From the NCBI GenBank assembly GCA_017409215.1, contig JAFQTD010000007.1, forward strand, positions 6,850-70,849: a stretch of DNA of 64,000 bases, written 5' to 3'. Source of the DNA: Alphaproteobacteria bacterium. GTDB lineage: Bacteria; Pseudomonadota; Alphaproteobacteria; Rs-D84. The notes under the pieces are model-generated. The model was given only the letters and a program-made list of their open reading frames with translations. It made no database searches and was not told the DNA's origin. Made by a program: the position numbers and the translations under genes. Below, piece after piece: positions 1 to 9,701 of this stretch. Every line of letters starts with the position of its first letter. Position 1 is the first letter of the stretch.

Positions 1-1
1 C

Positions 2-1534
2 AAGCTGTTTTCAAATCGTGCAACCATGGGTTGGGTTTTATCACAACTTGACTTGTCATTATCACATATACTGGTCGACGAAGCACAGGACACATCACCA
101 ATACAATGGGACATATTACGAATGCTGGCTGGCGACTTCTTTACCGATGGTGACACATCTGATTTGCCACATTCGATATTTGTTGTTGGCGATACCAAAC
201 AGTCGATATACGGTTTTCAGGGTGCCGACCCCAATGCATTCGCAACCAGCAAAAATGAAATATCTCTGCAAATACAAAACAATACGCGCACAATACAAGA
301 AATTCCTTTAACACAAAGTTTTCGTTCAACCGCCCCCGTATTAAAGGCTGTGGACAAATTTTTCTCGGACGAAGAAGTTATAAAGATATCTAACTTTTCA
401 AACGCCCCCCACAAATGCTTCAGATTATCCGCACCTGGGGCTGTTGAAATACACAAACTTATATCCAAGGCAGCCACTGAAACCACAACCCAAGAATACC
501 TGCAAATCATCGCCGACAAAATACAACATATTCTGTCCAACACCCAATACAAAGCGTCAGACATAATGATACTGCTGCAACAACGTCACCCAATGGCCAT
601 ACCGCTAACAAACGAATTAAAACGTCGCAACATTACAGTTGCGGGCAGCGACAGAATAAAACTGCCTAACTTTCCGGCAATTCGCGATTTCTTAAATTTA
701 ATACGCTGGTGCCTAGATTCCACAGACGATTTTAGTTTATGTTGCGTATTAAGAAGTCCATTTTATGCCCTGAATCAAGGCGATATTTATAATTTATGCA
801 TTGCGCGCAACACTATCAATACAGCACGTTCAAAAGAATCCAAAGACTACACAAAAACAACTGTATTTGAACAGTTAAAGGATACACACCCTGAACTACA
901 CATCGAACTATCATCTTTTTCTGAATACGCAAAAAAAATGGGGCCATATTCATTTTTTTCCAAGATTTTTGAACAAAACCACACAAGACAAAAATTTATT
1001 TCCGCCCTTGGCACACAGGTCATCGACCCAATTGAAGAATTTATGTCGATATGCTTGGCCTATGAACGAACTCAATCAGGTACATTGTATCAATTTCTAA
1101 AATGGTTTATCACTGGCGGCAGCGAAATAAAACGCGATTTAGATTCAGCCGAAGGAGTGCGCATCGTCACCGTTCATGGCAGCAAAGGGCTAGAATCCCC
1201 GGTCGTATTTCTGATTGACACCACCAGCACACCAAAAACAGAAAAAACAACCCCAATTCCCAACCATAATCTACCAGTATGGTTATGGGCGCCACGCACC
1301 GACAACAGTGCAATTCGCACCCAACTATCAGAACAACTAAATCAAACGCGCCTAGAAGAATATTACAGACTGCTGTACGTTGCAATGACACGCGCACGTG
1401 ATGAACTTTATATTTACGGATACAGCGCTTACAAAAACGCGAATTACACTTCGTGGCATTCTCAGCTGTGGCGTGTATTTGCCAACACAGAAAATTCAGA
1501 ATACATCAGGATAACAAATGACACAATTGCATAA
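2..1534 (+). CDS. addA: AddA-type SF1 (UvrD/Rep-like) helicase of the AddAB double-strand-break repair enzyme, helicase portion; N-terminus lies upstream of the window
   Basis: Frame is open from the window edge. Motif II LVDEAQDTSP, motif V VTVHGSKGLESPVVF, motif VI LLYVAMTRARDELYIYG. Stops at TAA 1532-1534 before any nuclease domain. Confidence 0.8.
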   Translation, partial: KLFSNRATMGWVLSQLDLSLSHILVDEAQDTSPIQWDILRMLAGDFFTDGDTSDLPHSIFVVGDTKQSIYGFQGADPNAFATSKNEISLQIQNNTRTIQEIPLTQSFRSTAPVLKAVDKFFSDEEVIKISNFSNAPHKCFRLSAPGAVEIHKLISKAATETTTQEYLQIIADKIQHILSNTQYKASDIMILLQQRHPMAIPLTNELKRRNITVAGSDRIKLPNFPAIRDFLNLIRWCLDSTDDFSLCCVLRSPFYALNQGDIYNLCIARNTINTARSKESKDYTKTTVFEQLKDTHPELHIELSSFSEYAKKMGPYSFFSKIFEQNHTRQKFISALGTQVIDPIEEFMSICLAYERTQSGTLYQFLKWFITGGSEIKRDLDSAEGVRIVTVHGSKGLESPVVFLIDTTSTPKTEKTTPIPNHNLPVWLWAPRTDNSAIRTQLSEQLNQTRLEEYYRLLYVAMTRARDELYIYGYSAYKNANYTSWHSQLWRVFANTENSEYIRITNDTIA

Positions 1535-1979
1535 AATCATCGCCACGCAAGAACACGAAAAACACGCAACACATACAGGAACACAGATGCACGCGTTGCT
1601 GGCAAAAATACATTTTTCTACAAACGGCCCATACAACACAGACACATCCGAAATAGCAAGAAAAATAAAACAAACACCCGATTTAGCAGAATTGTTTTCC
1701 GCCCAATCAAAAACCGAAGTACCAATCGCAGGAACAATAAACGGCCGTTTTATCAGCCGTCGAATTGACCGCCTATTAATTGACCACGCAACCAAAACAA
1801 TAAAAATACTAGATTACAAAACAGACACAAACCCCGACTTGCGCAAGAATGCATACATCGCACAAATCAACGAATACGCACAATTATTACGCGCAATATA
1901 TCCGACATATACAATTTTCGGTTATATACTGTGGACACATAACTTTTTACTGGAAAACATACACGTAAAGACTGTATAA
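1518..1979 (+). CDS. addA: AddA C-terminal PD-(D/E)XK (RecB-like) nuclease domain, encoded in a different frame from the helicase ORF
   Basis: GTQMHALL motif and GRFISRRIDRLLIDHATKTIKILDYKTD (nuclease core ...DYK). ATG 1518 is preceded by AGGA 1508-1511. This frame is closed by TAA 1512-1514 just upstream. Confidence 0.65.
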   Translation: MTQLHKIIATQEHEKHATHTGTQMHALLAKIHFSTNGPYNTDTSEIARKIKQTPDLAELFSAQSKTEVPIAGTINGRFISRRIDRLLIDHATKTIKILDYKTDTNPDLRKNAYIAQINEYAQLLRAIYPTYTIFGYILWTHNFLLENIHVKTV

Positions 1980-1989
1980 TCAGAACACT

Positions 1990-3642
1990 ATGCTAACTAA
2001 TTTACACATTTCAAACATTGTTTTAATTCAAAAACTGAACCTAGAATTCGGGGCAGGTCTGAACATTTTAACTGGCGAAACAGGTGCGGGGAAAAGCATT
2101 CTTCTTGACGCGCTGTCCTTGGCGCTGGGCGCACGCTCTGATGTTGGGCTAATTCGACATGGTTGCGATTCTGCATCTGTCGTTGCGGAATTCGACAATT
2201 CAAATCAAACTATCACCGACATATTATCTGAATTCGAAATTGATTGTACAGACGGATTAATTCTTCGTCGCACATTAACAATTGACGGCAAAAGCCGCGC
2301 ATGGATAAACGACACACCCGTTTCAATAAAAACATTAAAACAGGTTGGGGATGTATTACTGGAAATACATGGACAATTTGCAAATCACACCTTGCTAAAC
2401 CAATCAACACACAAAAGCACACTTGATAATTTTGCAAAAAATAATTTTAGTGATTTTGTGGACTTATTATCAAAAGTTAAAGAATCTTATCAGATATATA
2501 ATACCGCAAAAAAACGCCTGCACACATTACAAGAATTATTGGAACGCACATCCGCAGAACGCGATTTTTTGGCACACAATGTTTCTGAACTGGAATCATT
2601 GAACGTGCAAATTGGCGAAGAAGAAGACTTATCATCACGTCGTGCCACAATGATGAACGCAGAGAAAAATACCGCAATCCTATCCGAAGCAATCGATGCG
2701 TTATCACCACGTGGCAATTCACTGGATTCACAAATCTTTTCGGTCGCGCACATCTTGCAACGCATCAAGGGCGACACAAACCCATACCAAGAACAAATCG
2801 ACAAACTATACGATATTGCATCTGAAATATCACAAATTACACAAAGCCTGCAACCTGAAAACACCGATATTGACGATATGGACAGTATCGAAGAACGTCT
2901 GTTCGCAATACGCGCCGCCGCGCGCAAGCATCGTGTACAACCCGATGAATTACCCGCAAAACTGCGCGAAATGTCTGCGCAACTAAACGCAATCGACAAT
3001 TCAGACACAGAACTAAAAAAATTAAACAACGAGATAAAAACATATTATTCAGAATTTGAATCTGCCGCAAACAGTTTGTCCGCCTTGCGCAGAATTGCGG
3101 CCGACGAATTGCGCAACAGACTGATGGCAGAATTACCAGATTTAAAACTTGGTTCGGCTGATTTTATGATTGATTTTACACAAACCGACGCATCTGCGAC
3201 CGGCATTGACGACATTACGTTTATGATAAAAACCAATCCTGGCTCTCCGTTTGCACCATTACATCGGGCTGCATCTGGTGGCGAACTGGCGCGATTAATG
3301 TTGGCTATGCGCGTTGTCTTGGCTGGCACAGATGATATGCATACTTTTGTCTTTGACGAAGTCGACACTGGCATCAGTGGCGCAACCGCATCCGCTGTTG
3401 GTGCGCGCCTTAATCGATTGGCCGCCACATCACAAGCCCTGGTTATCACACACTCGGCACAAGTCGCAGGATTTGCAGACAAGCATTTCAAGATTTCGAA
3501 ATCTATTTCCAACGACACAACAACAACCAGTGTTTGCGAAATAACTGACACAGACAGAATCAACGAAATCGCCCGCATAATCAGCGGTGCAGAAATCACC
3601 CCAGAATCCATCACAATGGCAAAAACCCTAATAAAAGGTTAA
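1990..3642 (+). CDS. recN: DNA repair protein RecN
   Basis: N-terminal LNILTGETGAGKSILLDALSLALGARSD Walker A, long coiled-coil middle, C-terminal ASGGELARLMLAMRV signature and FVFDEVDTGISG Walker B. 550 aa. Confidence 0.95.
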   Translation: MLTNLHISNIVLIQKLNLEFGAGLNILTGETGAGKSILLDALSLALGARSDVGLIRHGCDSASVVAEFDNSNQTITDILSEFEIDCTDGLILRRTLTIDGKSRAWINDTPVSIKTLKQVGDVLLEIHGQFANHTLLNQSTHKSTLDNFAKNNFSDFVDLLSKVKESYQIYNTAKKRLHTLQELLERTSAERDFLAHNVSELESLNVQIGEEEDLSSRRATMMNAEKNTAILSEAIDALSPRGNSLDSQIFSVAHILQRIKGDTNPYQEQIDKLYDIASEISQITQSLQPENTDIDDMDSIEERLFAIRAAARKHRVQPDELPAKLREMSAQLNAIDNSDTELKKLNNEIKTYYSEFESAANSLSALRRIAADELRNRLMAELPDLKLGSADFMIDFTQTDASATGIDDITFMIKTNPGSPFAPLHRAASGGELARLMLAMRVVLAGTDDMHTFVFDEVDTGISGATASAVGARLNRLAATSQALVITHSAQVAGFADKHFKISKSISNDTTTTSVCEITDTDRINEIARIISGAEITPESITMAKTLIKG

Positions 3643-3647
3643 ATAAA

Positions 3648-4052
3648 ATGAAAACATACACAGTAATTACAAATTATGACCTATACCCAGACTCTCTTTT
3701 TCAGAATGTACTTCTCAAGGATAAAGCAGGTCGCGAAAGAACAGAATCCATAAACAACGCGAACTTGATTCCGACCGGAACAAAGGTGTTTTTTTACGAA
3801 TACAAAAAACCCAGTTTTATCAGACTGGAAACCGCTTATTCTTACAAAATAAATGGCAAACAATACATACAACTAAATCAAACACCCGGAACACATACCG
3901 CAATCAAACATTTTTGGGCAAATATGGGGTGTATCGACCGCATTTGTTTGCATCACGACATCAAGAAAGTTTTACGCCAACGCAAGATTACCCCCACATT
4001 AAACAGAAACACAAATTTGTTGTTATTTCTAAACAACACAATAATACGATAA
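3648..4052 (+). CDS. hypothetical protein (134 aa)
   Basis: ATG ORF 5 nt after the recN stop, followed by hairpin terminator 4055-4074. No recognisable motif. Confidence 0.5.
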   Translation: MKTYTVITNYDLYPDSLFQNVLLKDKAGRERTESINNANLIPTGTKVFFYEYKKPSFIRLETAYSYKINGKQYIQLNQTPGTHTAIKHFWANMGCIDRICLHHDIKKVLRQRKITPTLNRNTNLLLFLNNTIIR

Positions 4053-4054
4053 AA

Positions 4055-4074
4055 AAATCCCCAATTGGGGATTT
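4055..4074. terminator. bidirectional rho-independent terminator hairpin
   Basis: aaatcccc-aatt-ggggattt, flanked by an A-run upstream and T-rich sequence downstream. Lies between convergent transcription units. Confidence 0.7.
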
Positions 4075-4250
4075 AATTATTTTTGATTCTCGAACATCTG
4101 TCGTATTGCAATTTTTAAAACCAGCGATTCTTCTGCTGTTAATTTTGTTATATGCCCACCAGATTGCAGGATTCTTATTTTATTTTCCAAGCTAAACTTT
4201 GCTTTTTCTACATCTTTTTTCATACGCACATCTTTTTTTGCACAACAACA

Positions 4251-5492
4251 CTATAACACTTTTATTCCATCTGTAAACTCAATTGTTGCAGGTGTTCCCG
4301 CATCCGTACGACTGATAATATTCCCATCTGCACCACGCACAATGGCATAACCACGCGCCAGCACACTTTTATAACTAAGCGACCCCAGCATTTGCCCCAG
4401 ATGTTCAACAGATTGCCCCAGCGCCAACATACGATTTTGCAATATATTTGGCATCCCTGACACAAGGTCCATCTTTTGGCGCGCGCCCGTTATTTTGGCA
4501 TTCACAATCAGGTTTATCGTACGCCCCAAATCATCCAATCTTTGTGAATATTCCATCAAGACCTGTTTTGGACTTTTAACATTAATCGCTTCTATTCTTT
4601 GTTTTGCATTAATTAATCGTGTTGTAAAATTTCCCGACAACCGCACCCACATATTATCTAATTCTTGCAGCAATGCCAATTTAGTTGGCACGACTGCCTC
4701 TGCCGCACCAGTTGGTGTTGGCGCGCGATAATCTGCTGCAAAGTCAATTAACATCCAGTCTGGCTCATGCCCAACCCCTGAAATCAGCGGAATATGGCTG
4801 GCGGCAGCGGCACGTACAACAATCTCTTCTGAAAACGGCAGCAAATCTTCCAGCGAACCACCACCACGCGCAACAATTATTACATCGACATTATTCATCT
4901 TATTAAAATACTCTATACCCGCCGCAACCTCGGCTGCTGCTGTAATTCCTTGAACGGTTGCCGGATACAACAGAACCTTTACAGGAAATCTTTCGCGCAA
5001 TCTATTTTGAATATCTTGAAACGCCGCCCCTGTTGGACTTGTCACCACACCAATTGTTTGTGGCAATCGGGGCAGGGGCTTCTTCCTAGATTCATCAAAC
5101 AGACCTTCACGCGCTAATTTTTGCTTGCGTTCTTCCAGCATTTTAAGAATCGCACCAACGCCTGCCATTTCGATTTCACTTGCGACAATTTGATAATTAC
5201 TGCGTGCCGGATATGTTGTAAAACGCCCAGTCAAGATAACTTCCATTCCTTCTTCTAACTTGAACGCAATCGGTGTTCCGCGCCACACAATCACAGAAAT
5301 TGCCGCCCCAGAATCTTTGATAGTCATATAAATATGACCAGACGTTGCACGTGTAATTTGCGATAATTCACCCCTGATTTTTATACGCGGGAACGCTGTT
5401 TCTACTACATTTTTCAATAACGCTGACGCGTCAGAAACAGAAAAGATATTATCAGGCTTAACAAATGGTTCCGGCTTTTGCATTCTATACAT
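4251..5492 (-). CDS. xseA: exodeoxyribonuclease VII large subunit
   Basis: OB-fold N-terminus (VSDASALLKNVVETAFPRIKIRGELSQ) and catalytic core IIVARGGGSLEDLLPFSEE. The longest ORF starts at 5522. ATG 5492 avoids overlap with the upstream gene. Confidence 0.9.
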   Translation of the reverse strand: MYRMQKPEPFVKPDNIFSVSDASALLKNVVETAFPRIKIRGELSQITRATSGHIYMTIKDSGAAISVIVWRGTPIAFKLEEGMEVILTGRFTTYPARSNYQIVASEIEMAGVGAILKMLEERKQKLAREGLFDESRKKPLPRLPQTIGVVTSPTGAAFQDIQNRLRERFPVKVLLYPATVQGITAAAEVAAGIEYFNKMNNVDVIIVARGGGSLEDLLPFSEEIVVRAAAASHIPLISGVGHEPDWMLIDFAADYRAPTPTGAAEAVVPTKLALLQELDNMWVRLSGNFTTRLINAKQRIEAINVKSPKQVLMEYSQRLDDLGRTINLIVNAKITGARQKMDLVSGMPNILQNRMLALGQSVEHLGQMLGSLSYKSVLARGYAIVRGADGNIISRTDAGTPATIEFTDGIKVL

Positions 5493-5493
5493 C

Positions 5494-5964
5494 CTATCTA
5501 AAGTACTTTTGTTCCACTGCATTTAAAAAGCGCATTGCAGGCAACATATCCTGTTTATCTAACTTATGAATATAATGCCCATACTCATACGGTATAACTG
5601 TATTAAAATATTGATCTGCTGTTAAATCAAAGACCTGTTTACTTGGCAAATGTTTCAAATAAACATGCGGACCTTCTGCCCAATACGCAGCATCTATATA
5701 CATCAGCGCCCAACTTTTACTGCCCATCGCATTAATAAAAGCAAAAGACGACGCCTTGCATAAACCATCTGAATAATATTTAAACTCTGGTATTTTACGT
5801 CCAAACGTTGCATTCCTTATATCTGCCGACGTAAAGCTTTCTCTAAACAATCTGACCCAACCCTTTGCCTGCTCGCGTTCTTCATTGGGCATTTTCATTG
5901 TATCCAGCTGTTCTAACAACTTATTCGTTGCGTTTTCATAATATAATTTTTTTTCCTTATCCAT
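5494..5964 (-). CDS. hypothetical protein (156 aa), possible transglutaminase/papain-like Cys-His-Asp fold
   Basis: ORF packed tightly against xseA. Ordered Cys (GLCKASSFAF), His (GPHVYLKH) and Asp (VFDLTADQY) spaced as in transglutaminase-like cores. By eye only. Confidence 0.55.
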   Translation of the reverse strand: MDKEKKLYYENATNKLLEQLDTMKMPNEEREQAKGWVRLFRESFTSADIRNATFGRKIPEFKYYSDGLCKASSFAFINAMGSKSWALMYIDAAYWAEGPHVYLKHLPSKQVFDLTADQYFNTVIPYEYGHYIHKLDKQDMLPAMRFLNAVEQKYFR

Positions 5965-6001
5965 AAGCCACAGAATAACACAAAATCAGATTATTTTCAA
6001 T

Positions 6002-7123
6002 TTATAATTCTGTCAATGGCCAACGCGGACGTGGCGCGACAGGTTCTTTGACAACCTTGCCGACCTTATAATTTTCCAATCCTGCCCATGCAATCATTGC
6101 ACCATTATCAGTACACAGATTCATTGGTGGCGCAGCAAATTGCATATTATACTCTGATGCCAATTTTTCCATTGCTGCACGAATTGCACTATTTTTTGCA
6201 ACACCACCTGCAACGACCAAAGTCTTTGGTTTATGACCACGCACGCGCGAATCCGACAAGGCATTTTTCAATCGATTAACTATACAATCCACAACTGCCG
6301 CCTGAAAAGATGCGCAAAAATCATTTATATATTCATCGCTAAACGGTTGTTCTGCACGACTAATAAAAGTTCGCGCCGCTGTTTTTATTCCACTAAAAGA
6401 AAAATCACACCCGGGCTTATCACATAACGGGCGCGGAAAATCAAAGGCCTTTGGATTTCCACTTTTTGCACGCGCATCCACCACTGGTCCCCCCGGATAC
6501 CCCAGCCCCAGCATCTTTGCAACTTTATCATACGCTTCACCGGCGCTATCATCCAATGTTTGCCCAATCATTTCGTATTGTCCGACCCCACGCACCAACA
6601 AAATCTGACAATGTCCACCCGATGCCAACATCAACAAATAAGGAAATTCTATCGCAGTATTTTTATTAGTCCCATCTGCCAAAGTCGCACACAAACGTGG
6701 CACCAACGCATGACCTTCCAGATGATTAACCGCCACCAATGGTTTACCTGTTGCCTGTGCAATACCTGTTGCCGCCATCCATCCAACCAAGACCCCACCA
6801 ATCAAACCTGGGCCTGCAGTTGCAGCAACCACATCGATATCATCAATCGTCTTATTTGCCTTATCCAACGTCTGCCTTACAACATCATCAATTGCTAAAA
6901 TATGCGCACGCGCGGCCAATTCAGGCACAACACCGCCATACTTTTGGTGTTCTGGAATTTGCGAATAAATAATATGTGCTAAAACATTCCTGTCAGAATC
7001 CACGATTGCCGCAGATGTTTCATCACACGAAGATTCAATCCCCAGACACAATATCGCATTTTCACTGTGTTGTTCAGAATCCAATTTTCCCATATCCATT
7101 TGAATAATTTTTTCTTCACTCAT
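6002..7123 (-). CDS. tsaD: tRNA N6-adenosine threonylcarbamoyltransferase TsaD
   Basis: LGIESSCDETSAAIV, LVAVNHLEGHAL, SGGHCQIL and CTDNGAMIAWAG motifs. About 25 aa N-terminal extension. Confidence 0.95.
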   Translation of the reverse strand: MSEEKIIQMDMGKLDSEQHSENAILCLGIESSCDETSAAIVDSDRNVLAHIIYSQIPEHQKYGGVVPELAARAHILAIDDVVRQTLDKANKTIDDIDVVAATAGPGLIGGVLVGWMAATGIAQATGKPLVAVNHLEGHALVPRLCATLADGTNKNTAIEFPYLLMLASGGHCQILLVRGVGQYEMIGQTLDDSAGEAYDKVAKMLGLGYPGGPVVDARAKSGNPKAFDFPRPLCDKPGCDFSFSGIKTAARTFISRAEQPFSDEYINDFCASFQAAVVDCIVNRLKNALSDSRVRGHKPKTLVVAGGVAKNSAIRAAMEKLASEYNMQFAAPPMNLCTDNGAMIAWAGLENYKVGKVVKEPVAPRPRWPLTEL

Positions 7124-7818
7124 TTTAATATTTCCACCAATACAATCCCCAGATTGTTATTATTTTTCATACGTTCCTGCAGATATTGATAAAAGTCAAC
7201 ATCAACAACCGCTTTTTTATCACTTGATGCATGACGCAACACACCATTTGGCAGCAAAAATCCCATATGCACCACCGCCAAATCTGTTCCTATTTTATCA
7301 CGCATTTTAGAATTGTCAGCAACAAACAGCACAATTAATTCATTTGTTGTCTTGATTTTTTTGACTGCAGAATAGGGCAAATATTCCAAATTCACACTTA
7401 TCGGCACAAAATTAGCATCAATATTATGTACTTTCTTTAACCAACTTTTCTTATCAATTACAATGTTTTTTTGCACAACAGAACCATATTTTGCGCTAAC
7501 ATTTTTAACTTTATCGGCATTATTTATCAACCAATCTGATTCTATAAAATGATTTCGATTTAAAAAATCTATTTTGCCATCTTTATATCTAATCTGACTA
7601 AGTTTATTTTCATCACAGTCCGCCAAAACAGTTTCTACAAAGGTCACACAATCAAACGCATCAAATCTGATAACAGGGTCAGCGTCTGGCAAAACGCCTT
7701 CGCCCAGTGGGGATTCCTGATATGGCACACCAAGAAAACATTCGCCTAAATACGCGGTGCGAACATCCAAACACCCACCAACCAAGAATGATACAAGCAA
7801 CAAAATATATTTGTTCAT
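7120..7818 (-). CDS. DUF1460 (AmiA-like amidase fold) domain protein, secreted or lipoprotein
   Basis: Signal peptide ending LVGGC. RFDAFDCVTFVETVLA motif recalled as typical of DUF1460. Its stop overlaps the tsaD start. Confidence 0.55.
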   Translation of the reverse strand: MNKYILLLVSFLVGGCLDVRTAYLGECFLGVPYQESPLGEGVLPDADPVIRFDAFDCVTFVETVLADCDENKLSQIRYKDGKIDFLNRNHFIESDWLINNADKVKNVSAKYGSVVQKNIVIDKKSWLKKVHNIDANFVPISVNLEYLPYSAVKKIKTTNELIVLFVADNSKMRDKIGTDLAVVHMGFLLPNGVLRHASSDKKAVVDVDFYQYLQERMKNNNNLGIVLVEILK

Positions 7819-7819
7819 T

Positions 7820-8125
7820 TCACAAATTATCTTTTAATTGCAACCCTGTATAACATAATGCCGCCGCATCACGTACAGCCATCTTACTGCTATCTGGCAA
7901 AGTAGCCATTTTATCAACACAGGCAACCAATATTTCAATATCTTTTTCTGCACCTGTTAATATTTGAATTGCAGAATTTCGTCTATCAACGGTTGCGACC
8001 TGCCAGTCTTTCAAAGTTCCGGTTTCCAATGATGTGCTACGTTGCGAAAAAAAGAACACCATAATCACCAATATCAAAACAGCCGCACCAATAAATATTT
8101 TAAAATATTTTTTTATAAAATTCAT
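7820..8125 (-). CDS. hypothetical membrane-anchored protein (101 aa)
   Basis: N-terminal TM helix IFIGAAVLILVIMVFFF. 4-nt overlap with the upstream ORF. Confidence 0.5.
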   Translation of the reverse strand: MNFIKKYFKIFIGAAVLILVIMVFFFSQRSTSLETGTLKDWQVATVDRRNSAIQILTGAEKDIEILVACVDKMATLPDSSKMAVRDAAALCYTGLQLKDNL

Positions 8126-8502
8126 TTTTCCATCCTATTTACCAAATCCAATAATCTTGAATTTTTCTTGGCATTATTTAACAAGAACTCTTCTGTTGGC
8201 ACCTCTGGTCTTTTCTTCCACACAACCCGATTGACATATAATTTTGATGGCACATCTGTATACAGCAAACCGTTATTTGCCTGTTCAAAAACCATATCTG
8301 TCCCAGACACCTGATAAATTGTTGTCCAGACCGGATGCGGATTCAAAACACTAACTTTGTGTGATTCTTCCAAGATTTTCTTTGCTTTGGTTAAGTTTGG
8401 ACACACCCATACATGCACATCACATTCCATCCATGGTGCACCAATCTTGTGTATTGCATTTTCATTTCCCAATACAAATCCAGTAAAATTTTTAACTTTC
8501 AT
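8122..8502 (-). CDS. hypothetical protein (126 aa)
   Basis: ATG ORF in an operon-like array. No recognisable motif. Confidence 0.5.
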   Translation of the reverse strand: MKVKNFTGFVLGNENAIHKIGAPWMECDVHVWVCPNLTKAKKILEESHKVSVLNPHPVWTTIYQVSGTDMVFEQANNGLLYTDVPSKLYVNRVVWKKRPEVPTEEFLLNNAKKNSRLLDLVNRMEK

Positions 8503-8520
8503 ATTACCCCTCGCACTTGT

Positions 8521-8889
8521 TTATTGACAACTAACCAGCCACAAATCGTAATCAGGATGTTGCAACGGCTTATCACCAGGTTCATTACGGTTCATCCAAT
8601 TAGAAAAAATCTTTTTATTTTCCTGCTCTATCACCTCAATAAAAGCGAAATAATTTTCTGCATCAAACGGATCAGACTGTACACACGAACGAACAGTTAT
8701 ATTAATTTTCTCAAAATCAACACTTTGCCCCACTGGCACAGATAATTCTTGCACTTTGCCTGCATCTTTATTCATAACGCGCATAACTGCAATATCTTTA
8801 TCAACAAATGCGTTCACACACACAGGAAACATTACAAAGAAAATCACAAGCAGTTTTTTCATACCCTTATATTTTATCTCTTTATGCAT
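8521..8889 (-). CDS. DUF2155-like secreted protein
   Basis: Signal peptide MKKLLVIFFVMFPVCVNA (alternative start 8862). VMNKDAGKVQELSVPVGQSVDFEKINITVRSC... matches my recollection of alphaproteobacterial DUF2155. Confidence 0.55.
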   Translation of the reverse strand: MHKEIKYKGMKKLLVIFFVMFPVCVNAFVDKDIAVMRVMNKDAGKVQELSVPVGQSVDFEKINITVRSCVQSDPFDAENYFAFIEVIEQENKKIFSNWMNRNEPGDKPLQHPDYDLWLVSCQ

Positions 8890-8930
8890 TAAAAGTCAAT
8901 TTTTAAAGAAATCCTAATCCCATATTTATA

Positions 8931-8960
8931 AAAAATCCCCCACAGAAACCAATGGGGGGG
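8931..8960 (-). terminator. rho-independent terminator
   Basis: Minus strand reads ccccc-loop-ggggg followed by atttttt, directly after the stop of 8972-9262. Confidence 0.6.
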
Positions 8961-8971
8961 TATTATTATTT

Positions 8972-9262
8972 TTATTGACTGTTTTGTTTCTTTTTACTTA
9001 ACAAAAACTCTATTCTTTTCATAGACATGTCTATTTCATTAATCTTAGTTTGAACTGCGCGAAACAATTTCTTATTTGGTTGATTTTTTGCAATAACATT
9101 TTTCAAATCATCAATCAAATCCACGACTGTTTCTAAATCCAACACCCTCGCTTTGGCTTCTAAAACCCCCAGTTGTCCTAACAAACCGCGCCATTGTCTG
9201 TCCATATCAGAAACCAATGTATTTGTTAAATATTTGGCTTTTTTTGCACGTTTTTCGTTCAT
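8972..9262 (-). CDS. hypothetical helical protein (96 aa)
   Basis: ORF directly downstream of the HNH gene. Charged, coiled-coil-like composition. Confidence 0.5.
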   Translation of the reverse strand: MNEKRAKKAKYLTNTLVSDMDRQWRGLLGQLGVLEAKARVLDLETVVDLIDDLKNVIAKNQPNKKLFRAVQTKINEIDMSMKRIEFLLSKKKQNSQ

Positions 9263-9275
9263 ACTATTAACCTCG

Positions 9276-9701
9276 CTATCTATGTTTTTGATTGTTCTTA
9301 TTCAAGTGTTTTTTTATATTTGTCACACTATCAAAAATTTCTTTATTTTTCTTCTTTTTATGTTTCTTTTGTTTTTTATCTTTTAAATTTTCATCTGATT
9401 TAGCATTGTGCAAAAGACAAATTTCCTGCCAATTACCAACGATATCAGATTTTAATGTATTACAAGTTTTATGCATTGCTTGTAAATTATGCAAATCATT
9501 TGAACCGCCTTTGTTTTTTGGCCAAATATGGTCCCACGAAAAATCACCTATATTTGAAATCGGCAATCCACACCCAGGACATTTTGGTGCAAAGCCCAAG
9601 AATATAACAATTCTATACAATTCTTTTACCTGATTAGGTCCCAATCTATCTGCACACAGTGAAATTATAGACAACAAATCTTGAATTTCTTGTTTAGTCA
9701 T
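9276..9701 (-). CDS. stand-alone HNH endonuclease with Lys-rich tail
   Basis: CPGCG ... DHIWPKNKGGSNDLHNLQAMHKTCNTLK (CxxC plus H-N-H). C-terminal KDKKQKKHKKKKNK. Confidence 0.75.
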   Translation of the reverse strand: MTKQEIQDLLSIISLCADRLGPNQVKELYRIVIFLGFAPKCPGCGLPISNIGDFSWDHIWPKNKGGSNDLHNLQAMHKTCNTLKSDIVGNWQEICLLHNAKSDENLKDKKQKKHKKKKNKEIFDSVTNIKKHLNKNNQKHR

